The position numbers were made by a program, and so were the translations under genes. Shown here in pieces: positions 1 through 11,910 of a DNA stretch of 64,000 nucleotides. Position 1 is the stretch's first letter. Each line of letters starts with the position of its first letter. The DNA comes from Heterodontus francisci (lineage: Eukaryota), in NCBI RefSeq assembly GCF_036365525.1, contig NW_027140159.1, forward strand, positions 62,001 to 126,000, given 5' to 3'. The notes beneath the pieces were generated by a model. It was not told the DNA's origin and did no database searches. It saw nothing but the letters and a program-made list of their open reading frames with translations.

Positions 1-99
1 GGACGGGAGACTGTAGCTGTTGTTTTTTCTCCTGTACAGTAGGGAGCTCTCTGAACCTCTCCTGGCCCTTTTCTGCGTGGTCCACCCAAGGTCAACTCT

Positions 100-520
100 C
101 GGCTGCTGCCCCGCTGCTCTTCGCCATGTGTAAATCACCACACCCGCCATTGCATCTCTGGTCATTCAGCTGTTGATCACCTCTTGCCCACCACCCCGCT
201 TTCCTTTGCTGTACGTGATGCGCCCTCCCAAGTCTATTCTGAGTCATCCAGCTGTCAGTCACCTCTTACACGTCGACTCCCTGCTCTTTGCCATGTGGGA
301 TCCCACTTCCCCTTCTGTCAGTGTATTTCGGGTGATCCAGCTTTGGTCATATCGAGCATGCCGCCCTGCTGCTCTTCTCCGTGTGTGACCATCCACTCCA
401 GTATATTTTGGATGAACCAGCTCTAGGTCACCTCTTGCCCTCCACCTCGCTGCTCTTTGCCATGTCCGACCAGCCGTACCAAGGCATTTCAGGTGATGCA
501 GCTGTCAATAACCTCTTGAC
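100..520. repeat. Degenerate tandem repeat, unit about 84 bp, about 5 copies
   Basis: The motif CTGCTCTT(T/C)GCCATGT...GATCCAGCT...TCACCTCTT recurs at about 114, 199, 281, 368 and 450. Confidence 0.7.
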
Positions 521-581
521 CATTGGGGGAAAATGTTACATTGATGGCCTGGAAACATTGGACCCCGCCTCTGGGACGCTT

Positions 582-1492
582 TCAGTTGTTTTGTTTATTA
601 ATTAATTGAATAATTGTTGTAACTGGATATTTTACAGCACTTTTGACCTGCTCTCTGAACTTGGACTGAGTCACTCCATAAATGAATGTATTTGTGCAGC
701 AATTTAAATTCAGCAGCATATATCCAACGAATCGAAATATATATTAAGAATCATTGTAAACACGGGTATCTTTTCCAGACATTTTATATTTTATAAATTC
801 TATGACATACGCCAACCACAGAAGTAGGAAACTGCCGGATATGGTGAGGAGTAAAATAACAGACTTCCTTCTGCTCTCCATTTCTGGGTCACTATGATTC
901 TCTCCCTTCTTTTTACCTCGCAGTCTCTTACGTAGTCGACGAGCCACTAAAATGTGGTTGACAGTCAGAGCATTGAGCAACAGAATTAAAGTGAATGGGA
1001 GCAATGGGCTTAAAACCTTATCAAACCAATCATATCCCACCCATCCGGACTCAGTAAAATAGCTTGACTTCATAGGACAGAACCATGGTACATTGTCAAT
1101 TACCTCTCTAGGTTCAAATATGAAGAACTGGGGGATGTTTTTGAAACAGAGAAGAATGCAGATTGCTGCTAGAACCACAGCTGCAGTTTTCCCTGTGCAA
1201 TATTTTGTTTTCAGTTTCTGGCAAGAAATGGCCACAAATCGATCAAATGTGAAAGTGATGGTGAACCAGACAGAACAGTCCCTTGCTGCACGTAACAGGG
1301 CAAAAATAGCACTGCACACAGGGGTGATATTCAGAAAAGAACTCGGGAAATAATAATAACTGATCCGCCACAGTATAACATCAATGATAACGACCAGTAG
1401 ATCCGCCGTTGCCATGGCCACCAGGTAGCGAGTGGTGCAGGTGGAGAGACCGCACTTTCCCCGGGACAGGATCACAATGGCCAGTAAATTAA
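582..1492 (-). pseudogene. Exon 2 of a GPR139-like class A GPCR (TM1 end to C-terminus) with an in-frame premature TAA at 744-746
   Basis: Polypyrimidine tract and AG acceptor (ttctctctcttgcag|TTAAT) at 1493-1494. Motifs include MATADLL (TM2), TFDRF (TM3), PFTLILLLN (TM5) and SGSFLLLW (TM6). After the TAA the same frame continues YIFRFVGYMLLNLNCCTNTFIYGVTQSKFREQVK...NKQNN to TGA at 582-584, supplying TM7 and helix 8. Confidence 0.88.
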
Positions 1493-1869
1493 CTGCAAGA
1501 GAGAGAAGGGAAAGAAACTGGAAATTACTGATCAAACATTCTCTGTGTCTGACCCACACAGTAAGGGCAGAATTTTCGCACCAAATACGGGTGGGCTGGA
1601 GGCATGTCAGAGATTAAAATATAAAAATCTTAACTCTGGCCACAACAAAGCTGCAGCCCGCCAATTCCAGCATCTAACATTGCTTTGTCACACGGCGGGA
1701 GATAACCACTCCCATGTGGTTTATTGACAATTAATTGTTTTAATGAGGCTGGAAGTCTCTGATTTAATTAATTTTATTGGTTTAACTCTGACAGGCTGGG
1801 TTTCCTCAGTAAACTCCTCACAATACACAACGTCACTTGGGATTAGTGAACAGTACTGTCACTCCCGCC

Positions 1870-2620
1870 CCTCCTCCTCCCCCAGAATTTGACCCCTGCC
1901 TCATGATCGAACACTTCCGCAACAGTGACTGCATAACCCACGGGATCAAACATTCGCACCCCAGTATCAGACTGGCCAGCTGGGATTGGACCACACTTCT
2001 GGGATCAGACCCCTCTGGATTCTGAGTATCAGACTGCGCCATCATGCCTTAGATTCGGCACTAACTCGCCCCTCTCTCTCCCCAAATTCAAACTATGCAC
2101 CGGGTTGGGAGACACCTCCCTGTGTTGAGAATTAGAAACACCCCCTACCCATTCTGAACCCCAGTCTTTGACGCCGCTACAGAGTAGGAGAGCCGGACCT
2201 GTTTGAGGATTAGAAAGACCCATTATCCCATCCCATCCGCAGTCTTGGACGCCGCTACAGAATAGGAGACCCCAACTCGGGTTGAGGATCAGACACCCAC
2301 CCTTCCCCTTAGCCTAAGCTTCAGATAATGCACAAGGATGGAAGACATCTCTTCGGTTTTGGGGTTCAAACGTTCCTTCTCACCGACCCCTTCACCAGAC
2401 ATGGATCCCACACAGGATAGGAGACACTTATCTCTGTTTGTATATCGGCCACTTATTCTACCCCTCCCCCTCGCCAGACACGGATCCCTCTGCAGGATAG
2501 GAGACTTCTATCTGGGGTTGGGTATAAAACACCCCTTCACCCTTTCTGTCTCGTCTTCTTTAGACTTGGACCTTGCCACAGGATAGGTAACCCTCACCAC
2601 AGGGGTAAGCATCAGAAACT
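1870..2620. repeat. Degenerate tandem repeat, unit about 80 bp
   Basis: Core CAG(G/A)ATAGGAGAC...GG(G)TTGAGGAT(C/T)AGA(C/A)ACCC recurs at about 2170, 2248, 2330, 2410, 2490 and 2572. Confidence 0.6.
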
Positions 2621-2679
2621 GCCCATGTCAGTCACTCCTGTTAATATTTAGGCGAAAACAAAATATTTAAACTGTTGAG

Positions 2680-3200
2680 ATAATATAGTAGCATGGTTAA
2701 ACAAAAAGAACAGATCAGGCAGCACCTGTGACGTGGAAAATAGAGTTAATGTTTCAGGCGAATAGGCTGTGTTCAGAAATATAATATATCAGCGATTACA
2801 GTTTTAAGTCAATGATGGAAAGTGGGTTATGAGAGGAAAGGTCGGATGGAAGGCCAGAGTGATTCCGTGCCAAAAGAGATGGAGATGCAAGATGAATTGA
2901 ACAAGTAAAGCAACAGAAGATGGTGCCAGAGGAGAGTAAATTGTTATGGCAAAATAGTAGAAGAGACGGGGACATGGGAAATATGGCAAAGAGTAGATAT
3001 TGCCAGGAAGTGAGATAAAAAAAAACAGGTTAATGTGGGTAGAACCCAAAGGTGTGGACCAGCCTGCCAACAGTGTACCAATGGGTGATCCCCAGCCGAA
3101 ATTACAGTCCACAGCCCTGCCACTCCAAGTGACTCTGGTGTGGGTGCCATCCATTACCAGCAAAGGCAGTCTGAGAAAGTGAATGCAATGTTTATAATAT
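2680..3200 (-). mobile_element. Old, decayed 3' end of a Penelope-like element
   Basis: Reverse-complement similarity to 6940-7480, e.g. CAGGCAGCACCTGTG...AGAGTTAATGTTTCAGG. Confidence 0.5.
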
Positions 3201-3279
3201 CAAGTGTTAATCTCAATCTTGAGTCTGTCAGAAAATAAAACGCGTAATCAAAATAATCAGTGCTACTCCTCGTTGACAT

Positions 3280-4361
3280 CACAGAATTACAGCATCGTTA
3301 CAGTGCAGAAGGAGGCTATTAGGCCCATTGTACCGACACTGGCTCTCCGAAAGAGCAACTCCCTCAATTCCATTCCCCTGCCTCCTCCCCATAACCTTGC
3401 ACATACTTCCTTTTTGATATAACTAACACATTTCCTTTTGAATGGTTCAATTGAACCTGCCTCCACCGCACTTTCAGGCATCGCATTCGAGATCTTAACC
3501 ATTCACTGCGTGAATATGTTTTTCCTCATGTCACCTTTGCTTCTCTTAACAAATAATTTAAATATGTACCCTCTTGTTCTGGATAATTTCACGAATGGGG
3601 ACAGTTTCTCTCCATCTATTCCATCCAGACCCCTCATAATTTTGAATACCTCTATCAAATCACCTCTCAGACATTCTCTTTTCCAAGGAAAACAGATCTA
3701 ACTTCTCTAATCTATCTTCATAACTGAATTCACTGATCCCTGGAATCAATTTCGTGAATCTTTTTTGCACCCTATCCAATGCCGTCATGTCTTTCCTAAA
3801 GGGCGGCAACCAGAACTGGAGGCAATACCCCAGCTGAGGCCAAACTAGTGTCTTACACAGGTAGTTCATAACTTCCGTGCTTTTGTACTCTGTGCCCCTA
3901 TTAATGAAGTCCAGGGTGCATTATTAACCGCTCTCTCAACCTTTTCTGCATCTTCAATGACTTATGCACAGATACACCTAGGTCCTTTCCTCCAGCACCC
4001 ATTTTAGAAAGGGACCCTTTATTTTATATTTTCTGTCAGTTGTCCTCCTACCAAAATGAATCACTTCACATTTCTCTGCATTGAACTTCATCTGCCACCT
4101 CTCTGCCTATTCCACCAACTTGTCTATGTCCTTTTAAGGATCTACACTATCCTCCTCACAGTTCACAATGCTTCCAAGTTTCGTATCATCTGCAAACTTT
4201 GAAATTATGCCTTGTATACCAAGGTCTAGGGAATTAATATATATCAGGAAAAGCAAGGATCCCAACACTGATCCCTGGGGAACTCCACTACAAACATTCC
4301 TCAAGCCTGAAAAACATCCATTAACCACTACTCTTTGTTTTCTGTCACTCAGTCAATTTAT
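3280..4361 (-). mobile_element. CR1 LINE, 3' part (RT C-terminus and 3' UTR), which continues at 7481
   Basis: ORFs 4134-4328 (SGVPQGSVLG...ISKFADDTK) and 3660-3869 (LVWPQLGYCLQFW), plus a CR1-type 3' UTR. Confidence 0.9.
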
Positions 4362-4550
4362 CTACCAAAACTCGTTTTCACAGCCACATCTCCTTCCTCA
4401 GTGACTGTCTCCGGCTCCGACTGATTCCACGTGGATTCCAACTGCAGTTTCACCCATCATGCTTTGAAACCACCCAGGATCACAGGTATCTCCGAGAAAT
4501 ACAACGTTCCTCGGACTGCTACTCTCGCCGCATCCTGAGATCCACACTCA

Positions 4551-6997
4551 GTGCTATGCGCCGCCATATGCACACACTGGACCTCTCTCCAGCAGCACCG
4601 TCTCACCTTATCTCAAATCTGTTCTACTCCGCAGTTTCATCTCATCTTACGTCTCATGCGACGCATTAACAAAAAACTTTTTTTCTTCCTTTCAGGTGTT
4701 AAGGAACGCAAGCTCCAGCAGCTGATGGGGACTAATGCCCCTCCAGATCCTCCTTCCGCTTCACTTCCCTCTGACCCCACCCCTTCTGATCTGACCCCTT
4801 GCCGTGTATTCACTATACCCTCTGACCTCCCCCTCTCCGATGCTGAGCGTTCTGTACTCAGCAAAGGTCTCAGTTTTATCCCCTTACGCCCCCACCTCAA
4901 TGAATTTCGCGCTCGGCATGACGTTGAGCTCTTCTTCCGTCGCCTCCGCCTCCGGGCTCACTTCTTCGACCAGGAGTCCTCCCCCCGACCAGCAGACCCA
5001 TTCACCCGCCTCCAGCATTCTCCCTCTACCTGGACCCCTCACCCTGGCCTCTTACCCGCTCTTGATCTCTTCATTGAAAACTGTCGGCGAGACATTGGTC
5101 GTCTCAATTTCTCTGCCCCCCTCACTCACTCTAACCTGTCCCCCTCTGAACTTGAGGCACTCCGTTCTCTCAGGCCTAACCCCGACATGGTCATCAAACC
5201 TGCAGACAAGGGTGGTGCTGTTGTTGTATGGCGTACCGACCTCTACCTTGCAGAAGCTCAACGCCAACTCACAGACACCTCTTCCTACCTCCCTCTGGAC
5301 CATGACCCAACCACCGAACATCAAGCCACCGTCCAAAGGACTGTCACTGACCTCATCTCCTCTGGAGATCTTCCCTCTACAGCTTCCAACCTCATAGTCC
5401 CGCAACCTCGGACAGCCCGCTTCTACCTCCTTCCCAAAATCCACAAACGGGACTGTCCCGGCAGACCCATTGTGTCAGCCTGCTCCTGCCCAACTGAACT
5501 TATTTCTTCCTACCTAGACTCTATTTTTTCTCCGCTGGTCCAGTCTCTTCCCACCTACATCCGTGACTCTTCTGACGCCCTACGTCATTTTGACAATTTC
5601 CAGTTTCCTGGTCCCAACCGCCTCCTCTTCACTATGGACGTCCAATCGCTCTACACCTCCACCCCCCACCAGGATGGTTTGAGGGCTCTCCGCTTCTTCC
5701 TGGAACAGAGGCCCAACCAGTCCTCATCCACCAACACCCTCCTCCACCTGGCTGAACTTGTTCTCACATTGATCAACTTCTCCTTCAACTCCATGCATTT
5801 TCTTCAAGTAAAAGGTGTCGCTATGGGTACCCGCTTGGGTCCTAGTTATGCCTGTCTTTTTGTGGGATATGTCGAGCATTCTTTGTTCCAGTCCTACTCA
5901 GGCCCCCTCCCCCAACTCTTTTTCCGGTACATTGATGACTGTATCGGTGCCGTTTCCTGCTCCCGCTCCGAACTAGAAAACTTTATCAACTTTGCTTCTA
6001 ATTTCCACCCTTCTCTCACCTTTACATGGTCCATCTCTGACACTTCCCTTCCCTTCCTCGACTTCTCTGTCTCCATCTCTGGGGATAGGTTGTCTACCAA
6101 TATCCATTATAAGCCCACTGACTCCCACAGCTACCTCGACTACACTTCTTCACACCCTACCTCCTGTAAGGACTCCATTCCATTCTCCCAGTTTCTCTGT
6201 CTCCGACGCAGCTGCTCTGATGATGCTACCTTCCATGACGGTGCTTCTGATATGACCTCCTTTTTCCTCAACCGAGGATTTCCCCCCACTGTGGTTGACA
6301 GGGCCCTCAACCGTGTCCGACCCATTCCCCGCACCTCTACCCTCACCCCTTCCCCTCCCTCCCAGAACCGTGACAGGGTTCCCCTTGTCCTCACTTTTCA
6401 TCCCACCAGCCTCCATATCCAAAGGATCATCCTCCGCCATTTTCGCCACCTCCAGCGTGATGCCACTACCAGTCGCATCTTCCCCTCCCTTCCCCTGTCA
6501 GCATTCCGAAGGGATCGTTCCCTCCGCGACACCCTGGTCCACTCCTCCATTACCCCCATCACCTCGTCCCCGTCCCAGGGCACCTTCCCTTGCAATCGCA
6601 GGAGGTGTAATACCTGCCCATTTACCTCCTCTCTCCTCACTATCCCAGGCCCCAAACACTCCTTTCAGGTGAAGCAGCGATTTACTTGTACTTCTTTCAA
6701 TGTAGTATACTGTATTCGCTGCTCACAGTGTGGTCTCCTCTACATTGGGGAGACCAAGCGCAGACTGGGTGACTGCTTTGGGAAAATCTCCGCTCAGTCC
6801 GCAAGCAGGACCCTGAGCTTCCGGTTGCTTGCCATTTCAACACTCCCCCCTGCTCTCATGCTCACATCTCTGTCCTGGGATTGCTGCAGTGTTCCAGTGA
6901 ACATCAACGCAAGCTCGAGGAACAGCATCTCATCTACCGATTAGGCACACTACAGCCTGCCGGACTGAACATTGAGTTCAATAATTTCAGAGCATGA
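4551..6997 (+). CDS. Penelope-like RT, Cys-rich linker and GIY-YIG endonuclease, with a frameshift at about 6780
   Basis: Motifs PADKGG, YLLPKIHK, RPIVS, MDVQSLY, GVAMG, RYIDD, CNRRRCNTC and VVYCIRC..C.LLYIGET. The native C-terminus ...GLNIEFNNFRA* continues in another frame to TGA 6995-6997. Confidence 0.85.
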
Positions 6998-7377
6998 CAG
7001 CCCCCCACTTTACTTTCATTTTTAGTAATTTTTAGTTATTTTTTCTTCCTTTTTTTTGCATTCCTTTTTACATTTTTTACAATCTTTTTTTGCATGTATT
7101 TCATTTCATCTTAGTTTGTTCAGTTTGCTTACCCACTGTTTTTTTCAGGTTGTTTTTCTTCAGGTTTGCACTTGCTGATGTTCATTATTCAGTATATTCA
7201 CACCTAATCTGTCCTAATGCTTTGTCTTTCAACACACCATTAACATATTGTTTGCCTTTGCTCCGTGACTTTTTGGTCAGCTATGTGGCCTGGTCCAATC
7301 TGCACCTTCTCCTTTGTTATCTCTTGCCCAACCCCCACCTCACTTGTTTATAATCTGTGACTTTTCTAATATTTGTC

Positions 7378-7414
7378 AGTTCCGAAGAAGGGTCACTGAC
7401 CCGAAACGTTAACT
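7378..7414 (+). ncRNA. Minimal type I hammerhead ribozyme motif in the Penelope terminal repeat
   Basis: AGTT-CCGAAGA-A-GGGTC-ACT-GACCC-GAAA-CGTT-AACT gives stem I, a CUGANGA-like core, stem II, GAAA, palindromic ACGT and a GUU cleavage triplet. Confidence 0.75.
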
Positions 7415-7480
7415 CTGCTTCTCCTTCCACAGATGCTGCCAGACCTGCTGAGTGAATCCAGCATTTCTTGTTTTTGTTGT

Positions 7481-10400
7481 AATTTATTATCCATGTTGCT
7501 CCTGTCCCTTTTATTCCATGAGCTACAGGTTTGCTCACAGGTCTGTTGTGTGGCACTGTATCAAATACATTTTGAAAGTCTATGTGCACCACATCAACAG
7601 CATTGCCCTCGTCAATCATTTATGTTACCTCCTCAAAAATCTCCAGCAAGCTAGTTAAACATAATTTGCTATTAAGAAATCCATGCTAGCGTTCCTTATG
7701 TAACTCGCATTTGTCCATGTGACTATTTATTTTGTCCAATATTATTGTTTTCCAGAAGTTTTCCCACCACTTAAGTTAAACTGACTGGCCGGTACTTGCT
7801 GAGCTTATCTTTACATCCTTTCTTAAACAAGGATGTAACGTTTGCAATTTTCCAGTCCTCTGGCATCACCCCCGAATTTAAGGAAGACTGCAAAATTATG
7901 GCCAGTGGCTCTACGATTTCCAACCTCACTTCCCTCAGTATCCTTGGATGTAGGATCTGGTCCTGGTGCTTGATTCACTTTAAGTACAGACAGCCTATCT
8001 AATACTTCCTCTTTATCAAATTTAAATGCCTGCATGTCTGACTTACCTCCTCTTTCAACATTGCCTGGGTTGCATCTTGGTCCTTGAAAAAGATAGATGC
8101 AAAGTATTCATTTAATACCTCAGCTATGCCCTCTGCCTCCATGGACTGTTATGATCCATAATCGGCCCCCTTCCTTCTTTTACCGCCATCTTACTATTTA
8201 TATGCCTATAGAAAACGTTGGGAGTTCCTAAAATGCTAATTGCCAGTCTCTGTTCATTCTCTCTCTTTGATTCTCTAATGTGTTTTTCACTTCCCCATGG
8301 ACCTTCTGTATTAAGCCTGGTTCCGAATAGTATTTTCTACCTGGCATCATCATACACAAACGTTTCCTTCTTTACCTTAATATCTATTTCTTTTGTCAGC
8401 CAGGTAGCGCTTGATTTGTTTTTCCTAATTTTCCCTTCGAGGGAACATACATTGACTGTGCCAGAACTATCTCTTCTTTGAAAGTGGCCCATTGTTTATC
8501 TACCGGTTTTCCTGCCAGCTTTTGACTCCAATGTATTCGCCCCAGCTCCATTCTTGTTCCATTCTTTCTCCCAGTTAGTTATTGTTACCCTGGATTGCTC
8601 TTTGTCCCTTACCATAGTCAGCCTAAACCTTATGATAAAATGATTGCTATTCCCTAAACGCTCTCCTACTGATACTCGATTCCCAAGAACCAGATCTAGC
8701 AGTGCCTCCATTCTCGTTGGACGAGTATCATAGTATTCAAAATTTTATTTTTTTCTGAACACACTCCCAGAACTCTTGCCACTCACCGCCTTTTACACTA
8801 CTATTATCCCAGTGTATGGTTGGATAATTAAAGTCCCCCATGAAAGAAAGAAGAAGAAAGAAAGAAGAAATAATTTTTGCACCTTACTGTAATTCCATTG
8901 CAAATGTATTCCTCCACGTTCTTCGCACTAGGTGGTGGTCTATGGGCAACACCGAGCAATATAACTGTATTTTTTTTTATTCCTTAGCTCTAGGCAAATT
9001 GATTCTGTCCTCGACCCCTCTGGGACATCCTTTTTCTCCAGCACTGCAATGCTCTCCTTTATCAATGCAGCCACACCTGCCACCTTTCTCCCCTCTCCTA
9101 ACTTTCATGAACACCTTGTATCCAGGAATATTTAACACCCAGTCGTGCCCTTCTTTGAGCCATATTTCTGTTGCAGCCACACCATATTTCCACATGGTAA
9201 TCTGCGCCTCCAACTCACTAGTCTTATTAACCACACAACGTGCATTCATGTACATGCACATTCACACTGATTCGGACTTTATTACTTTCCCTCTTACTCT
9301 GACACCACCTAATAACTTGCTATTTCGTAGTCTCGTGCTCTCTATAATCCCCCAGTATTCTGTGCTCCTTGGTATTTCTATCTGATACTTGCTTATGGTT
9401 TCGAAACCCCTGCCATGTCGCCAGTTTTGCTTCCATCCCATCTCATCTCCCTCTCAGGTTCCCATCCCCCTGACAATTAAGATTAAACCGTCCCCAACAG
9501 CACTAGAAAATCTCCCTGCGACGATATTCATCCCAGTCCTGGTAAGATGCAACCCGTCCATCTTGTACAGGTTCCACCTGCCTTAGAACCAGACCCAATG
9601 TTTCAGAAATCTGATGTCCTCCTTCCTACACCAGTTCTCCAGCCACTTGTTCAATCGCTCAGTTCTCATATTCCGATGCTCACTTGCGCGTGGGACAGGG
9701 GGTAATCCTGAGATTACTGCTTTTGAGGTCCTGATTTTTAATCTCCTTCCCTGCTCCCTAAAATATGCTTTCAGGATTCATCCCTCTTCTTACCTATGTC
9801 ATTGGTACCAGTGTGGATCACGACCTCTAGCTGTTCAGCCTTCCCCCAGCGGAATGTCCTGCAGCCACTTGGTGATATCCTTGACCCTGGCACCAGGCAG
9901 GCAACACACCATCCTGGAGACAAGTGTGCCGCAGAAACGCCTGCCTGTTTCGCTAACTAAGGAATCCTCTACCACTGCAGCTCTTCCACGCTTCTTCCTC
10001 GCCATTCCTTTGCAGCTAAGCCAGCTGTGATGCCGCAAACTTGGCTCTGAGTGCTCTCCCCTGAGGAATCATGACAGTCACCAGTGTCCAGAATGTAAAA
10101 TTGATTGGCAAGTGAGATCATAACAGGGAACTCTTGCACTACCTGCCTAGTTCTCTTAGACTGCTTGCTGATCACCCGTTCCCTATCTGCCTGCATACGC
10201 CTTACCTGTGGTGTGATCATCTCCCTAAACGTGCTATCCATATAGTCCTCTGCCTTGTGGATGCACAACACTGACTCCAGCCATCGTTCGAGTTCTGAAA
10301 CCCAGAGCTCAATCTCTGCAGCTGGTGACAATTCCGACAGATGTGTCTGTCTCGGTCACATGGTGCATCCATGATTTCCCACATGCCGCAGGATGTACAT

Positions 10401-10600
10401 ACCACTCGGTCGAGATGTCCTGCCGTACCTAAACTTAGCAGAGTATTTATTATAAGTATAAATGCTTACCAGGTACTCACCAAACAGTTCCTTCTACTCC
10501 ACCAAAGCAAGAAACAAATAAAGAACCAAAAAAGAACCAAAAACTGAAGGGTAAAAAAAAGTAGGAAAAAGGGAGCACCTCCACCCCCTTCCCCAAATTC
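7481..10600 (-). mobile_element. CR1 LINE, 5' part: decayed ORF1 (Zn finger and SGNH esterase) and ORF2 (APE endonuclease, RT)
   Basis: ORF fragments CTSCGMWE...HICRNC, VVEDSLV...VCCLPGARVKD, CMYMNAR...ATEIWL and GNAVDVVHIDFQNVFDTVPH. Confidence 0.9.
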
Positions 10601-10919
10601 GCCACTTACAAAACTGTACACTCAGCTTGCAATCTGCACACCATGCATGCTGCACCCAGACTCTCTATTTATCCCTTTTGAAGCTGAAACTGCAGCAACC
10701 AGATTTGAATGGTCAGCGACGTTACTAATCAGCAACTCTTCAAGCAGAGCCTGCTATTCCCTGCCAAAGACAGTAAGAAACTCACTTTACATTATTAACC
10801 TTTCTTTATTTTATTAACCTTCCTTTGCTTTCCTAACCCTATTTTAACTAGAGGGTAAATCCCAGTCAAATGCTAACTGCAGACGATACTTTTATAGAGA
10901 TAACACTTAAAATACCTAT

Positions 10920-11220
10920 TCACCAAACTCGAATCTCCACACTCAACTTTCAATCTGCACACTGTTTCCACTTGCAGTGGAAGAGCGTAGGATGCCGAGG
11001 ATAGGGAGGTCAAAGTGTGATTGGAATGTAGAATTAAATTGGCAAGTGACCAGAAGCTTGTATTCGCAATTGCCGACCGCATGCAAAAGTTCAGCAACGC
11101 AATCACCCAAATGTAGTGTCTCCTCTCCAAATGTACAGGAGTCTCCATCGTGAGCATCAAATACAGTTAGCAAATTGGCAAAAGAACATGTAAATCACTG
11201 TTGCACCTGGAAGACGTTTT
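10920..11220 (-). mobile_element. Decayed Penelope GIY-YIG fragment
   Basis: Reverse-complement similarity to 6660-6990 (C...LLYIGET.RRLGD.F region). Confidence 0.6.
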
Positions 11221-11239
11221 CGGGGCACAGTCTGAGGAC

Positions 11240-11525
11240 AAAAGAGAAAGCTATTTAGGACTGAGCTGAGGAGGGATTTCTTCACCCAGAGAGTGGTGAT
11301 CGTGTGGAAATCTGCAGCACAGAAAGCACTTGAGGCCAGATAATTAAATATATTCAAGAAAGAGTTATATATATATATACTTCTGAGGGATAACGGGATC
11401 AAGTGATAGGGGGAGAAAGCGGGTACAGGGTACTGAGTTTGGATGATCAACCATGAGCGTAATGAATGGTGGAGCAGGCTCGAAGGGCGGAATGGCCTAC
11501 TCCTGCTCCTATATTTCTATGTTTA
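11240..11525 (+). mobile_element. CR1 3' end fragment
   Basis: GAGGAGGGATTTCTTCACCCAGAGAGTGGTG...GGCTCGAAGGGCGGAATGGCCTACTCCTGCTCCTAT, ending in a TTTCTATG tail. Confidence 0.8.
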
Positions 11526-11910
11526 TATACCAGATATATGGAGAGAGGACGGATGTTCGATAACCAGTGTTAACAGTGCTGGGTTCCAGGTACGAGATAT
11601 GTAGAGCTGGGGAAGGAGGCTGGATGACGAATGAGCACAGCTCTGGATACCAAATACTAGATATACAGAGGGAGGTGGAATAGGTAGTTTGCACAAATCT
11701 GGGCTCCAAATACTGGGCATATAGAAGGAGGAAGCCAAGCTGAAGGCGGTGTAAGCAGACCTCTTGTCACCAAATTACAAATATATAGAGGGAGCGAGGG
11801 CTGGAGGCTGGTAGAGGGCACCAGATAATGCATAGGCAGAAGGGGGAATGGGAGGGGCGCTGGGTATAAATGGTGCATAGCTCTGGGCTCCAGATGCGAC
11901 ATGTAGGATC
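11525..11910. repeat. Degenerate tandem repeat, unit about 60 bp
   Basis: GGG(C/T)TCCA(A/G)ATAC...ATAT(A/G)(T/C)AGAGGGAGG recurs at about 11581, 11643, 11701, 11766, 11816 and 11885. Confidence 0.5.

Larger units (their letters stand above)
4362..7480 (+). mobile_element. Penelope-like retroelement (Neptune-type), 5'-truncated, flanked by a 7-bp TSD AATTTAT
   Basis: RT plus GIY-YIG ORF. AATTTAT occurs at 4355-4361 and 7481-7487, and removing the insert restores the CR1 frame (WIIN*LSDRKQRVVVNG). Confidence 0.93.

Noticed and set aside
1493-1559. N-terminus MWVRHRECLISNFQFLSLLSLA of the listed 271-aa ORF
   Set aside because: This is intron sequence (polypyrimidine tract and acceptor). The better-supported start is at 23491.
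10460-10482. Strong splice-donor-like GGTGAGT and GGTAAG motifs in the GPCR intron (similar motifs at about 33965 and 34180)
   Set aside because: They lie in CR1 5' UTRs upstream of ORF1, with no receptor-like coding sequence in front of them.
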